Origin: Elusimicrobiota bacterium
GTDB taxonomy: Bacteria > Elusimicrobiota > Elusimicrobia > UBA1565 > UBA9628
Direction of reading: 5' to 3'
Assembly: GCA_033875325.1 (NCBI GenBank)
Contig: JANRKA010000084.1
Coordinates: forward strand, 4,716-68,715
Length of the DNA stretch: 64,000 nt
Made by a program: the position numbers and the translations under genes. Positions 48,589 to 57,273 of this stretch are shown piece after piece. The notes beneath the pieces are model-generated. The model saw only the letters and a program-made list of their open reading frames with translations. It was not told the origin of the DNA and searched no databases. Numbering within the stretch: position 1 is the stretch's first letter; each line of letters begins with the position of its first letter.

Positions 48589-48665
48589 TGCGGGGTAGAG
48601 CAGCCTGGTAGCTCGCAAGGCTCATAACCTTGAGGTCGCTGGTTCAAATCCAGCCCCCGCAACCG
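48589..48665 (+). tRNA. tRNA-Met (anticodon CAT at 48623-48625), initiator-like
   Basis: It folds as a cloverleaf by eye: acceptor tgcgggg/ccccgca, D-arm tagagcagcctggtagctc, anticodon loop ctcataa, T-arm gctggttcaaatccagc. It is nearly identical in the acceptor, D and T arms to the E. coli initiator tRNA as I remember it, including A11:U24. The CC of the CCA end is encoded but the final A is not. Confidence 0.85.
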
Positions 48666-48707
48666 ATTTAGACGCATTCGAACCCGAGACGAGAAATGTC
48701 GGGACCG

Positions 48708-48735
48708 ACCCACCGAAAGGTGGGTTTTGTGTTTT
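48708..48735 (+). terminator. Intrinsic terminator at the end of a conserved tRNA trailer element
   Basis: The stem acccacc / ggtgggt with loop gaaa is followed by tttgtgtttt. Confidence 0.7.
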
Positions 48736-48747
48736 ATGGGGACGCGT

Positions 48748-49848
48748 TCAGGCTTGCGTCTCGCGCGGGCCGCCGGGCGCGAGGATGAAGACGCGCAGGC
48801 CGAGGGTGTCCATGAAGCAGTAGCGGCGGCGGCACTCCTCGGCGCGCGCCGCGGCCTGCTCGGCGTCGCGGGCGAAGGCGCGCAGGGACAGGCGGCCGCC
48901 GGGCTCGAGCGCGATGAGCGGGTTGTCGGCGAGGAAGTCGGCGGCGGCGGGGGTCAGGCCCGGGGCGGCGAGGTCGAGGCTGCCGCGGCGCGCGTCGCGC
49001 CGCGCCGCGGCGTAGGCGCCGAGCAGGCATTTGTAGTCGAACACGCCGTCGCGGGCGAAGGGACGGCAGTGGCCCAGGTTCAGGACGCGGACGCCGTTCT
49101 CGCGGCACAGCGCCAGCATGAAGTGATAAACGGCGTCCGCGGCGCCTAGGCGCAGCAGCTCCGGGTCGCCGTCGCGCACGCCCATCTGCCAGAAGTGCGC
49201 CTGGTCGCCGTCGAGCTCCACGGTGCCGCCCGCGACGAGCTCGCCGCCGCCGCGGACCTGGATGAGGCGCAGCTGGCCGCCGCGCAGGCCCGCGAGGACC
49301 TCGGCGCGCGACTGCACGGAGGCGCCTTCGCCGTGGCGCGTGGTGACGAGGGGGAGATGGAAGCGGTCGTAGAACTCGGCGAACTCCGCTTCCGAGCGGC
49401 CGAGCGTCGTCGTGAAGGCGCCCGCGGCCGTGGTCCTGCGGTTGCGGTTGCGTTTGTCCTTGCCGCGTTCGGCGCAAAGGGGGGACTGGAGGTCGATGTC
49501 CATGCGGACCCAGGCGGGCAGGCGCGCCACGACGGGACCGCGCGGCAGGGGCTCGAAAGAGCGCCGCACGAAGCGCAGCACCAGGTCGGCGCCCGGCGCG
49601 CGCCGCGACAAGGCGGCGCAGGTCTCCCACAGCGGCACGGTCCCCAGGGAGCGCCGGCGGGCCCCCGGCGCGAACGCGCGTTTGAGCAGCGCGTCCACGA
49701 GGTCGGCCGGGCCGGCGCACAGCGCGGTCAACGGCTTGCCGCCGGCGCGGCCCTCGCCTTCGAGGAGGTGGAGCTCCTGGCGGCGCGCCAGGCCGACCGC
49801 GAAGCGGGCGGGTTCGAGCAGTCCGTCGAGGCCCGGGGGCAGCCGCAT
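48748..49848 (-). CDS. Hypothetical protein, possibly FemAB/CelD-like GNAT acyltransferase
   Basis: I chose ATG 49848 (MRLPPGLDG). The amino-acid composition is normal, unlike the plus-strand shadow ORFs. The C-terminal block AVYHFMLALCRENGVRVLNLG...FDYKCLLGA is weakly reminiscent of the FemAB-type GNAT fold. Confidence 0.45.
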   Translation of the reverse strand: MRLPPGLDGLLEPARFAVGLARRQELHLLEGEGRAGGKPLTALCAGPADLVDALLKRAFAPGARRRSLGTVPLWETCAALSRRAPGADLVLRFVRRSFEPLPRGPVVARLPAWVRMDIDLQSPLCAERGKDKRNRNRRTTAAGAFTTTLGRSEAEFAEFYDRFHLPLVTTRHGEGASVQSRAEVLAGLRGGQLRLIQVRGGGELVAGGTVELDGDQAHFWQMGVRDGDPELLRLGAADAVYHFMLALCRENGVRVLNLGHCRPFARDGVFDYKCLLGAYAAARRDARRGSLDLAAPGLTPAAADFLADNPLIALEPGGRLSLRAFARDAEQAAARAEECRRRYCFMDTLGLRVFILAPGGPRETQA

Positions 49849-49931
49849 GCGGCAAGTAGACCATACTGCCGCGCGAGCGCGCACCGGCAGAGCTCAGCGC
49901 GCCGGGCCGCGGAGTTGCTAGAATCCCCGCC

Positions 49932-50522
49932 ATGAACTTCGACCTCCTCGTTCTCGTCCTCGCGGCGTTGACGGCCGTCACCGGGTACCGCTCCGGCGCG
50001 GTGCGGCAGCTCTCTTCTTGGATCGGACTGGCGGCGGCTTATGTCTGCGCGCGGCCGCTGGCGGCGGCATGGGGGGAGGGGGCGGCGCGTTGGCTGGGGT
50101 GGGCGCCGGTCGTCGCGACCGTGGCGCTGAGCGCGACGCTGTGGGTGGTCCTCTACGTCGGGGCGAGCCAGGTGGCGCGGCTGGCGCTCAACCTGCTCGA
50201 GCCGGGCAAGGAGCGCGGCCCTCTCGACCAGGCGCTGGGCGCGGTCGCGGGCGCGGCCAAGGGCGCGGCCATCGTGCTCGCCGCGACCTCGGTGCTGGTC
50301 GCGTTGGAGAAGCCTTTGGCCGGCCTGGGCGTGGACATGACGCGGCGCACCGAGGGGTCGCGCGTGATGGCCTTCGTGCGCGAACACCCGCTGGTGGGGG
50401 AGCGCCGGCCGACGGCGGCCTCCGCCGTGGAGCAGGTCAAGGGCAAGGGCGCCGAGGCCGTCTCCAAGGTGAAGGGCGGCGCCGAGGCCGCCTTGAAGAC
50501 CGTCGCGCCCGCCGGGCGTTGA
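49932..50522 (+). CDS. CvpA family membrane protein
   Basis: The N-terminus MNFDLLVLVLAALTAVTGYRSGAVRQL and four TM helices fit the family. TAGAAT lies 7 nt upstream of the ATG. Confidence 0.7.
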   Translation: MNFDLLVLVLAALTAVTGYRSGAVRQLSSWIGLAAAYVCARPLAAAWGEGAARWLGWAPVVATVALSATLWVVLYVGASQVARLALNLLEPGKERGPLDQALGAVAGAAKGAAIVLAATSVLVALEKPLAGLGVDMTRRTEGSRVMAFVREHPLVGERRPTAASAVEQVKGKGAEAVSKVKGGAEAALKTVAPAGR

Positions 50523-50549
50523 GCCGGGCCGCGGCGTAGGACACGGGCC

Positions 50550-51155
50550 ATGCCCGAGCGCTGGAAACTCTTCGTCGCCGCGACCTTCGTCATCGCGGCG
50601 ACCCCGGGCCCCAACATGCTGCTGGTGATGACGACCAGCGTGCGCCATGGGCTGCGCCGCGCGTTGGTCACCATGGCGGGCCTGCTCACGGGGCTGAGCC
50701 TCATGCTCGTCGCCTCCGCCGCGGGGCTCGACGCGCTGCTGCGCGCCTCGCCGTCCTTGTTCGCGGCCCTGCGGCTGCTGGGCGCCGTGTATCTCGTTTA
50801 TCTGGGCGCGGCGCTGTGGCGCGCGCCTTCCGGGGCGGCGCCGGCCGCGGCCCCGCCGGCGCGGGCGGGGCTTTACCGCCAGGCCCTGCTCGTCTCGTTG
50901 AGCAACCCCAAGGCCATCCTCTTCGCGGCCGCCTTCCTGCCGCAGTTCGTGGACGCGGACAAGCCGCGCGGCCCGCAGTTCGCGGCGCTCGTGGCGCTGT
51001 TCGCCGTCATCGAGGTGACCTGTTACCTCGCCTACGCGTTGGGCGGGCGCCAGGCCGCGGCGTGGCTGGCGCGTCCCGCGACGCGGCTGTTCTTCGACCG
51101 CGCCGCCGGCGCGTTGTTCGTGGGCTTCGCGCTGCTGCTGCTCCTGGGGTCCTGA
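50550..51155 (+). CDS. LysE/RhtB family amino-acid exporter
   Basis: Blocks FVIAATPGPNMLLV and SNPKAILFAAAFLPQF are present, and the length is ~200 aa. Confidence 0.8.
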   Translation: MPERWKLFVAATFVIAATPGPNMLLVMTTSVRHGLRRALVTMAGLLTGLSLMLVASAAGLDALLRASPSLFAALRLLGAVYLVYLGAALWRAPSGAAPAAAPPARAGLYRQALLVSLSNPKAILFAAAFLPQFVDADKPRGPQFAALVALFAVIEVTCYLAYALGGRQAAAWLARPATRLFFDRAAGALFVGFALLLLLGS

Positions 51156-51156
51156 G

Positions 51157-52053
51157 TTGCATCCGCGCAACCGCCACCGGGGCCGCTACGACCTGGAGCG
51201 CCTGTGCCAGGGCTCGCCGGAGCTGCGCCCTTTCGTGCGGCCCAGCCCGGCCGGAGAGCCCACCGTGGACTTCGCCGACCCCGCGGCCGTCGCCGCGCTC
51301 AACCGCGCGCTGCTGCGGGAGTACTACGGCGTGCCGGACTGGCGCATCCCGCCCGGCTACCTGTGCCCGCCGGTACCCGGGCGCGCCGATTACATCCACC
51401 ACGCCGCGGACCTGCTCGCGGGCGCCGGGGAGGTCCCGCGCGGCGACGCCGTGCGCGTGCTCGACATGGGCGTGGGCGCCAACGCCATCTATCCCATCAT
51501 CGGACGCCGGGAGTACGGCTGGAGCTTCGTGGGCGTGGACGCGGACCCGGTCGCGCTGGAATCGGCCCGGGCCATCGTGGCCTCGACGCCCGGCCTGGAG
51601 GGCGGCGTCGAGCTGCGCCTGCAGCGCCGCGCCGCGCGCACGCTCGAAGGCGCGCTCGTCCCGGGCGAACGCTTCGACTTGACCGTGTGCAACCCGCCCT
51701 TCCACGCGTCGCCGGCCGAGGCGGACGCCGCGGCCCGGCGCAAGCGGCGCGGCCTCGGCCAGGCGGCGGACGCGCCGCGCAACTTCGCCGGCCGCGCCAC
51801 CGAGCTGTGTTTCCCGGGCGGGGAGGACGCGTTCATCCGCTCGCTCATCGAAGAGAGCGCGGCCGCCCCGCGCGCGGCGCTCTGGTTCACGAGCCTCGTG
51901 TCGAAGGCGGAGAACCTCGCCGACCTCGAGCGCGCGGCGCGCAAGGCGGGCGCCGTCGAGACGCGGGTCGTCCCGATGGGTCAGGGCCGCAAGGTCAGCC
52001 GTTTCCTGGCCTGGACCTTCGAGCGCCAAGAACTCCCGCCGGGCCACCGTTAA
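51157..52053 (+). CDS. rlmF: 23S rRNA (adenine-N6)-methyltransferase RlmF-like
   Basis: TTG start. Blocks HPRNRHRGRYD, LDMGVGANAIYP and VCNPPFHAS are present. Confidence 0.8.
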   Translation: MHPRNRHRGRYDLERLCQGSPELRPFVRPSPAGEPTVDFADPAAVAALNRALLREYYGVPDWRIPPGYLCPPVPGRADYIHHAADLLAGAGEVPRGDAVRVLDMGVGANAIYPIIGRREYGWSFVGVDADPVALESARAIVASTPGLEGGVELRLQRRAARTLEGALVPGERFDLTVCNPPFHASPAEADAAARRKRRGLGQAADAPRNFAGRATELCFPGGEDAFIRSLIEESAAAPRAALWFTSLVSKAENLADLERAARKAGAVETRVVPMGQGRKVSRFLAWTFERQELPPGHR

Positions 52054-52068
52054 AGGTACACTGGGCCA

Positions 52069-52100
52069 CCCCTTGGCCCGACGGGCCGAGGGGTTCGTCG
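52069..52100 (+). terminator. Probable intrinsic terminator
   Basis: An 11-bp stem ccccttggccc / gggccgagggg (one G-U pair) with loop gac is followed by ttcgtcgtt (a weak U-tract). Confidence 0.45.
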
Positions 52101-52141
52101 TTCAGGCGCACTGGGGGTCCCATGGACAAGATGGAGGCGAA

Positions 52142-52294
52142 ATGAAGGCGCATCTTTTCGAGTTCCGATCCGACACGCGCAAGCTCAAGTGCCTGTGCGG
52201 CTGGGAGCGCACGCTCAAGATCACGGACCCCGAAGCCGCGCGCGAGAAGTTCGAGGAGCACCGCGCCGAGGCGACGCGGCCCGAGCCGGACTGA
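52142..52294 (+). CDS. Small hypothetical protein (50 aa)
   Basis: ATG 52142 is preceded by ggaggcgaa. The composition is charged and non-shadow-like (MKAHLFEFRSDTRKLKCLCGWERTLK...). Confidence 0.4.
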   Translation: MKAHLFEFRSDTRKLKCLCGWERTLKITDPEAAREKFEEHRAEATRPEPD

Positions 52295-52355
52295 CGCCGG
52301 GTAACGCGCGACCTCGAGCGGAGAGAGCAGCCGCCGGCCGGGAGCCCGCGGGCCT

Positions 52356-54242
52356 CTAACGCGGCAGCGCCGCGTCCAGGGCCGAGGCAACGCGCGGGTC
52401 CACGGGCGCCGGGGCGGGGCGGCCGAGCCGGGCGGCCAGGCGCGACAGATAGGCCGCGGCGTGCGGGTCCGCGGCCGAAGTCAGCAGCAGTTCCCAGGCG
52501 CGCTCCGGGCGGCCGGCCGAGGCCTCGGCATGGGCCCAGAACAACTTCGCGGCGGGCAAGGCGGGCGAAGCGGCGTTGAGCGCGCGGTAGGCCGCGGCCG
52601 ACTCCTCCCAGCGGCGCAGCCACAACAGCGAGAAGGCCAGGTTCTGCCGCGCGTCGAGGTCGCCGGGGTCCAGGGCGAGGGCCTTCGCCGCGAACGCGGC
52701 GCCTTCGTCCCAGCGCCCGCGGCTCGTCGCGGCCCACGCGCGCTGCGACCACGGACGGGCGGAATCCGGCGCGAGTTCGGAGGCCAAACGCAGGCAGTCG
52801 TCCGCCTCGGACCAGGCGCCGTTGCGGCCGAAGGCCACGCCGAGGTTCAGGTAGCCGAAGGAGGCCCCCGGCTCGCCGCGCCCGGAGGCGGCCAATACGC
52901 GCAGCTCGTCGAGTCGTCCCGACGGCGCGCGCAGCGCTTCGATGGAGGCGCGCAGGACTTTCGTCAGCCACGAGGGGCGCAGGCGCTCGCTGTCGCGCGC
53001 GGCCGTCAGCGCGCGGTCCGGGTCGCCGCGCCGCAGCCAGGACGCGGCGCGTTCGGCCTCGAACTTCCAGCTGTAGGGCGGGTGGGAGTGGCGCTCCAGG
53101 AAGGCGTCGGGGTCGAGGCTCGCGCGGGCGTGCCCCAGGCTCGTCGTCGTCCACCACGCGCCGGCCGCGAGCAGCGCGCCGGAGAGGACCAGTCGCGGGC
53201 GCTCCGGCAGGCCGGGCGCGGCGCGCAGCAGGAGGAAGAGGAGGAAGGCGTAGGTGCCGACGGCCCGCACGGGCAGGACCTCGCCGTTGAGGAGGGTGGC
53301 GACCGCCAGCTCGGAGGCGCAGACGAGGAGGAGGCCCGTCCAGGCCAGGGCTTCGCGGCGGGAGCGCGCGGCGTAGACCGCGAAGGCCGCCGCCGCCGCC
53401 CACGCCGCGGCGTGCGGCGCCGCGGCGCCGGAGGGGACCATGCCGCCGTAGACTCGGAAGGAGCCCGTCACCGCGACGCGGAGGTACTCGGTGGCGGCGA
53501 CCGCGGCCTGCGGCAGCAGGGACCAGCGCCAGACGGTGGGGAAGGGAGGCGGGTCGTGGGCGAGCACGAGCCGGCGCTGGAGCAGGTAGAGGCCCGCGGC
53601 GGCGAAGGCCGCGAGCAGCGCGGCGAGCGTCGCGCGCGTCGGACGGGGGCGCAGCGCGAAGACGGCCAGCGCCAGGCCGAAGGGCAGCGCGACGGCGCTC
53701 TCGCGGGCCAGGCAGGCGACATAGACGCAGGCGGCGGCCGCGACGATGCCCGCGGCTCGACCGCCTTCGGCGGCGCGCACCCCGCGCCACGCGCCGTAGG
53801 ACGCGGGCAGGAGCAGCGCGCCGGTCGCCAGGAGCGGCGAGACGAAGAACCAGCTGTTGTAGGGGTGGACCAGCAGCAGCGCGGCTCCGCCCCAGGCCGC
53901 GGGCGGCGACGCGCCGGCTTCCAGCAGCGCCAAGGCGAGCGCGGCGGCGCAGAGCAGCCACAGCAGCCCCGCGGCCGCGCGGTAGGGGCGGGCGTCGCCG
54001 CAGCCCGCGGCGCGCGCCAGCAGGCCGAGGAACAGGTTCGCCAGAGGGCGGTAATACGCGCCGTCCTCGCCGACCGCGCGCGAGAGGAGGAGCGAGGAGA
54101 CCGGGGCCGAGGTCAGCCGGCTGCAATGCGACGGTATCTGCAGCGCGTCCTCGCGCACGAACGCGCGGCCGTGCGCGGCCCAGAGCAGCGCGGCGCCCAG
54201 GGCGGCGTAGGCCAGCGGCGCGGCGAAGCGAGAGGCGGTCAC
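52356..54242 (-). CDS. GT-C fold membrane glycosyltransferase-like protein with C-terminal TPR repeats (TMTC/PMT-like)
   Basis: GTG 54242 (GTGA overlap). There are about 11 TM helices, with an acidic first-loop motif FVREDALQI followed by YYRPLANL. The C-terminal ~230 aa are TPR-like repeats. Confidence 0.65.
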   Translation of the reverse strand: MTASRFAAPLAYAALGAALLWAAHGRAFVREDALQIPSHCSRLTSAPVSSLLLSRAVGEDGAYYRPLANLFLGLLARAAGCGDARPYRAAAGLLWLLCAAALALALLEAGASPPAAWGGAALLLVHPYNSWFFVSPLLATGALLLPASYGAWRGVRAAEGGRAAGIVAAAACVYVACLARESAVALPFGLALAVFALRPRPTRATLAALLAAFAAAGLYLLQRRLVLAHDPPPFPTVWRWSLLPQAAVAATEYLRVAVTGSFRVYGGMVPSGAAAPHAAAWAAAAAFAVYAARSRREALAWTGLLLVCASELAVATLLNGEVLPVRAVGTYAFLLFLLLRAAPGLPERPRLVLSGALLAAGAWWTTTSLGHARASLDPDAFLERHSHPPYSWKFEAERAASWLRRGDPDRALTAARDSERLRPSWLTKVLRASIEALRAPSGRLDELRVLAASGRGEPGASFGYLNLGVAFGRNGAWSEADDCLRLASELAPDSARPWSQRAWAATSRGRWDEGAAFAAKALALDPGDLDARQNLAFSLLWLRRWEESAAAYRALNAASPALPAAKLFWAHAEASAGRPERAWELLLTSAADPHAAAYLSRLAARLGRPAPAPVDPRVASALDAALPR

Positions 54243-55711
54243 GGCTCGATGAAGCGGGAGCGCTGCGCCGGGTCGGGGAGCCGGCACGCGTCGAAGCGGC
54301 CGAAGAGGCGGTAACGCGCGCCCGCGACGAGGTCGTAGCCGGCGTCGAGCAGCGGCGCGGGCAGGACCTCGAGCAGCGAGAGCAGCCGCCAGCCGGGGCC
54401 GAGGGCGGCGAACACGGCGAAGACGGCCTTCGCCTTGCGCAAGGGCGCGCCCGCGGCGTCGCGCACCAGGTAGACGGTGTCCAACGCCGCCGGGTCGAAG
54501 CCGTGCGGGCGCAGGGCGGCCGCGGCGAACGCGCCCTGCAGCGGCGCGAAGCGGAAGACGGCGTCGCGGTCGCGCTCCAGCACGAAGCGCACGAAGCGGT
54601 CGCAGAGCCCGCAGACCCCGTCGTAGAGGATGACGCCGCCTCCCGCGCGGCGCCGGGACAGGAGGCGGTCCCAGACCGCCTCCAGCGGGGGGAAATAGGC
54701 GAGCAGCAGCGCGACGACGATGAAGGGGCGCAGGCGCTTGTACGGGTGCATGACCATCAGCAGGGCGTAGAGCAGGACGGGGGTCATCCTCAGGGCGAGC
54801 TTGAGCGCGGCGGCGCCCTCGAAGCGGCGGCCGTCCATGACCACGGCCGACGGCGCGCGCGCGGGGCCCGCCTCGACGCGCCACAACCCGTCGAGGTCGC
54901 ACGCCTCGGCCAGGGCGGCCAGGCGCCGCATCGCGCCCGAGCCGGCGTCGTAAACGAGGCGCAGGGGCTCGCGCGGCCAGGCGACGAAGGCCAGCAGCGC
55001 GGCCGCCACGCCGTAGTAGAACTCGGCGAAGGTCGCGCCCCACAGGATGACCAGGATGCCGGAGTGGAGGGACAAGGTGAGCCACACGGTGAGCCGGTCC
55101 CAGCGCGGACGGCAGGCCAGGACGGCGATGGCGAACTCCGCGACGATGACGGACCAGGACATCAGCTTGGAGAGCAGCAGCGGGGGCAGCAGGGCCGCGA
55201 CGGCCATGTAGGGACCGTGCTGCACGCGGCGGGCGAACCAGTTCTCGAAGTACCGCCCGCTCCACCAGTCCGCGTCCAGCGCCTTGCTCAACCCGCAGCC
55301 GAAGTACACGAGCGCGAACTGCGCGCGCAGGAAGGCGGTCCCGGTCTCGGGCGTATAGAGGCCGAGCAGCAGGAACTGGAGGGCGAAGAAGGTCTTGCCG
55401 TTGGAGAAGAAGGCCTTGGACGCGAGGATGTTGAGCATCAGCGCCGCGCCGACGAGCAGGCAGGAGGCGCGCGCGCGGCGCGTGAGGAAGAGGCCCGCGG
55501 CCCCCGCCAGGAACGCGGCCTGGGTCGCGGGCGCGAACAGGCCGAGCCCGCGCAGGGCGTCGAAGGCGGGATGGAACGGCAGGAACGGGTCGCCGAAGGA
55601 CCCCGGCATGCGCTGCCACAGCAGGCTCAGCACCATGAGACGCGCGGCCAGGTGGAGGTTGCCGGGCAGGTCGCCGCCGCCCAGGCGCCACGCCGGGCTC
55701 AGCGGGGCCAT
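54239..55711 (-). CDS. HTTM (vitamin-K-carboxylase-like) membrane domain fused to two DCC-type thiol-disulfide oxidoreductase modules
   Basis: ATG 55711 (MAPLSPAW). The HTTM-like block is FLRAQFALVYFGCGLSKALDADWWSG. The first DCC-like module lacks cysteines (LVYDAGSGAMRRL), and the second is intact (ILYDGVCGLCDRFVRFV). Confidence 0.6.
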   Translation of the reverse strand: MAPLSPAWRLGGGDLPGNLHLAARLMVLSLLWQRMPGSFGDPFLPFHPAFDALRGLGLFAPATQAAFLAGAAGLFLTRRARASCLLVGAALMLNILASKAFFSNGKTFFALQFLLLGLYTPETGTAFLRAQFALVYFGCGLSKALDADWWSGRYFENWFARRVQHGPYMAVAALLPPLLLSKLMSWSVIVAEFAIAVLACRPRWDRLTVWLTLSLHSGILVILWGATFAEFYYGVAAALLAFVAWPREPLRLVYDAGSGAMRRLAALAEACDLDGLWRVEAGPARAPSAVVMDGRRFEGAAALKLALRMTPVLLYALLMVMHPYKRLRPFIVVALLLAYFPPLEAVWDRLLSRRRAGGGVILYDGVCGLCDRFVRFVLERDRDAVFRFAPLQGAFAAAALRPHGFDPAALDTVYLVRDAAGAPLRKAKAVFAVFAALGPGWRLLSLLEVLPAPLLDAGYDLVAGARYRLFGRFDACRLPDPAQRSRFIEP

Positions 55712-56067
55712 CGCCACTCCCGGACCGGGCCGCCGTTGACGTCGTAGCGCACGCGCACGCGCGCCCCGTCGCCGCGGCCGTAGGTCTCCTCGTACTGCCG
55801 GATCTTGTCGAGCACGTTGGCCGGCGAGCGTTGGTCCCAGCCGTGCGCGGGCAGGCGGTAACGCGCGAGCGCCTGTTCCGGCGTCAGGCGGCGGCCGCCG
55901 ACCGCGACCTCCACGCTGAAGCGCGTCTGGCGGTCGTAGGGCGACCAGCGGAAGTAGCGCAGCGGCGTGAAGAAGGAGTAGCCCAGGCACGCGAGCTGGG
56001 CGGCGAGGAGGGAGGCGGCGAGCAGCGGGCGGGGCGCGAGCGGCCAGGGGCGCGCCCCGGGCCTCAT
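55699..56067 (-). CDS. Small membrane-anchored or secreted hypothetical protein (122 aa)
   Basis: ATG 56067 (ATGA overlap with the aminotransferase gene). It has an N-terminal hydrophobic segment LLAASLLAAQLACLGY and overlaps the HTTM gene start by 13 nt. Confidence 0.55.
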   Translation of the reverse strand: MRPGARPWPLAPRPLLAASLLAAQLACLGYSFFTPLRYFRWSPYDRQTRFSVEVAVGGRRLTPEQALARYRLPAHGWDQRSPANVLDKIRQYEETYGRGDGARVRVRYDVNGGPVREWRWPR

Positions 56068-57215
56068 CGGCGGCGGCGCGTCTTGCGCGCGGAGAGCACT
56101 CCGGCGATGACCCTCTCCTGCTCGCGCTCGGTCAGGTTCGAGCCGCTGGGCAGGCACAACCCGCGCGCAAAGAGGTCCTCGCACACCGCGCCGCCGACCA
56201 TGCGGCGGCCCTTGAACACGGGCTGCAGGTGCATCGGCTTCCAGAGGGGGCGCGCCTCGACGTCGCGGGCGGCGAGCGCGAGGCGGACCTCCTCGCGCGA
56301 GGCGCCGAACGCCGCGGCGTCGAAGAGGACGCAGGTGAGCCAATGGGTCGAGAAGCAGTCCGGCGCCTCGGGCATGAAGGTCACGCCGGGCAGGCCGCCG
56401 AGGGCCTCGCGGTAGCGCGCGAAGACGCGGCGGCGCGCGGCCACGCGGCGGTCGAGCACCGCGAGCTGGCCCAGGCCGATGCCCGCGAGCACGTTGCTCA
56501 TGCGGTAGTTGAAGCCGATGTGGGAGTGCTGGTAGTGGGGGGCGTCGTCGCGCGCCTGCGTCGCCAGGAAACGCGCGTGGCGGGCCAGGCGGCCGTCGTC
56601 GGTGACGAGCATGCCGCCGCTGGAGGTGGTGATGATCTTGTTGCCGTTGAAGGAGAACACGCCCGCCCAGCCGAAGGTCCCGGCCGAGCGGCCGCGGTAG
56701 GTCGCGCCCAGCGCTTCGGCCGCGTCCTCGATGAGGGGCACCCCGTGGCGGCGGCAGGCCGCGGCGATGGGGCGGTAGTCGGCGCACTGGCCGTAGAGGT
56801 CCACCGCGATGACGGCGCGCGGCAGGCGCTTCTTCTTGGCCAGGCGGTCGAGCTCGGCGGCGAGCAGGGCCGGGTCCATGTTCCAGGTCGCTCGGTCGCT
56901 GTCGATGAACACCGGCACGCCGCCGTCGTAGGTGATGGCGTTGGCGGTCGCCGCGAAGGTGAACGAGGAACACAACACCTCTTCCCCGGGGCGCAGCTTC
57001 AGCGCGCGCAGCGAGAGGTGGAGGGCCGCCGTGCCGCTGGAGACGGCCACGGCGTGGCGCGCGCCGACGCGCGCGGCGAACGCCTTCTCGAAGGCGGCGA
57101 CGTGGGGGCCCAGCGGGCCGATCCAATTGGTGCGGAACGCCTCGCGGATGAACGCCATCTCGCGCCCGCTCAGATGCGGGGCCGACAGGAAGACATGGCC
57201 GCCCTTCTTGCTCAC
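56064..57215 (-). CDS. DegT/DnrJ/EryC1/StrS-family sugar aminotransferase (PLP)
   Basis: GTG 57215 has CATAAT 6 nt upstream. Blocks AVSSGTAALHL, DAAEALGA and the PLP-lysine region FSFNGNKIITTSSGG are present. Confidence 0.85.
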   Translation of the reverse strand: MSKKGGHVFLSAPHLSGREMAFIREAFRTNWIGPLGPHVAAFEKAFAARVGARHAVAVSSGTAALHLSLRALKLRPGEEVLCSSFTFAATANAITYDGGVPVFIDSDRATWNMDPALLAAELDRLAKKKRLPRAVIAVDLYGQCADYRPIAAACRRHGVPLIEDAAEALGATYRGRSAGTFGWAGVFSFNGNKIITTSSGGMLVTDDGRLARHARFLATQARDDAPHYQHSHIGFNYRMSNVLAGIGLGQLAVLDRRVAARRRVFARYREALGGLPGVTFMPEAPDCFSTHWLTCVLFDAAAFGASREEVRLALAARDVEARPLWKPMHLQPVFKGRRMVGGAVCEDLFARGLCLPSGSNLTEREQERVIAGVLSARKTRRRR

Positions 57216-57273
57216 GCGGCGATTATGCCAAATACCCCTGGCGCCGCGCCCGTCCGTATGTTATACTGAAGGC

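Noticed and set aside
48329-48625. A 98-aa minus-strand ORF overlapping the tRNA-Met gene and its promoter.
   Set aside because: Its N-terminal half is antisense to the tRNA and promoter. Only the distal 52 codons are kept, as a low-confidence call.
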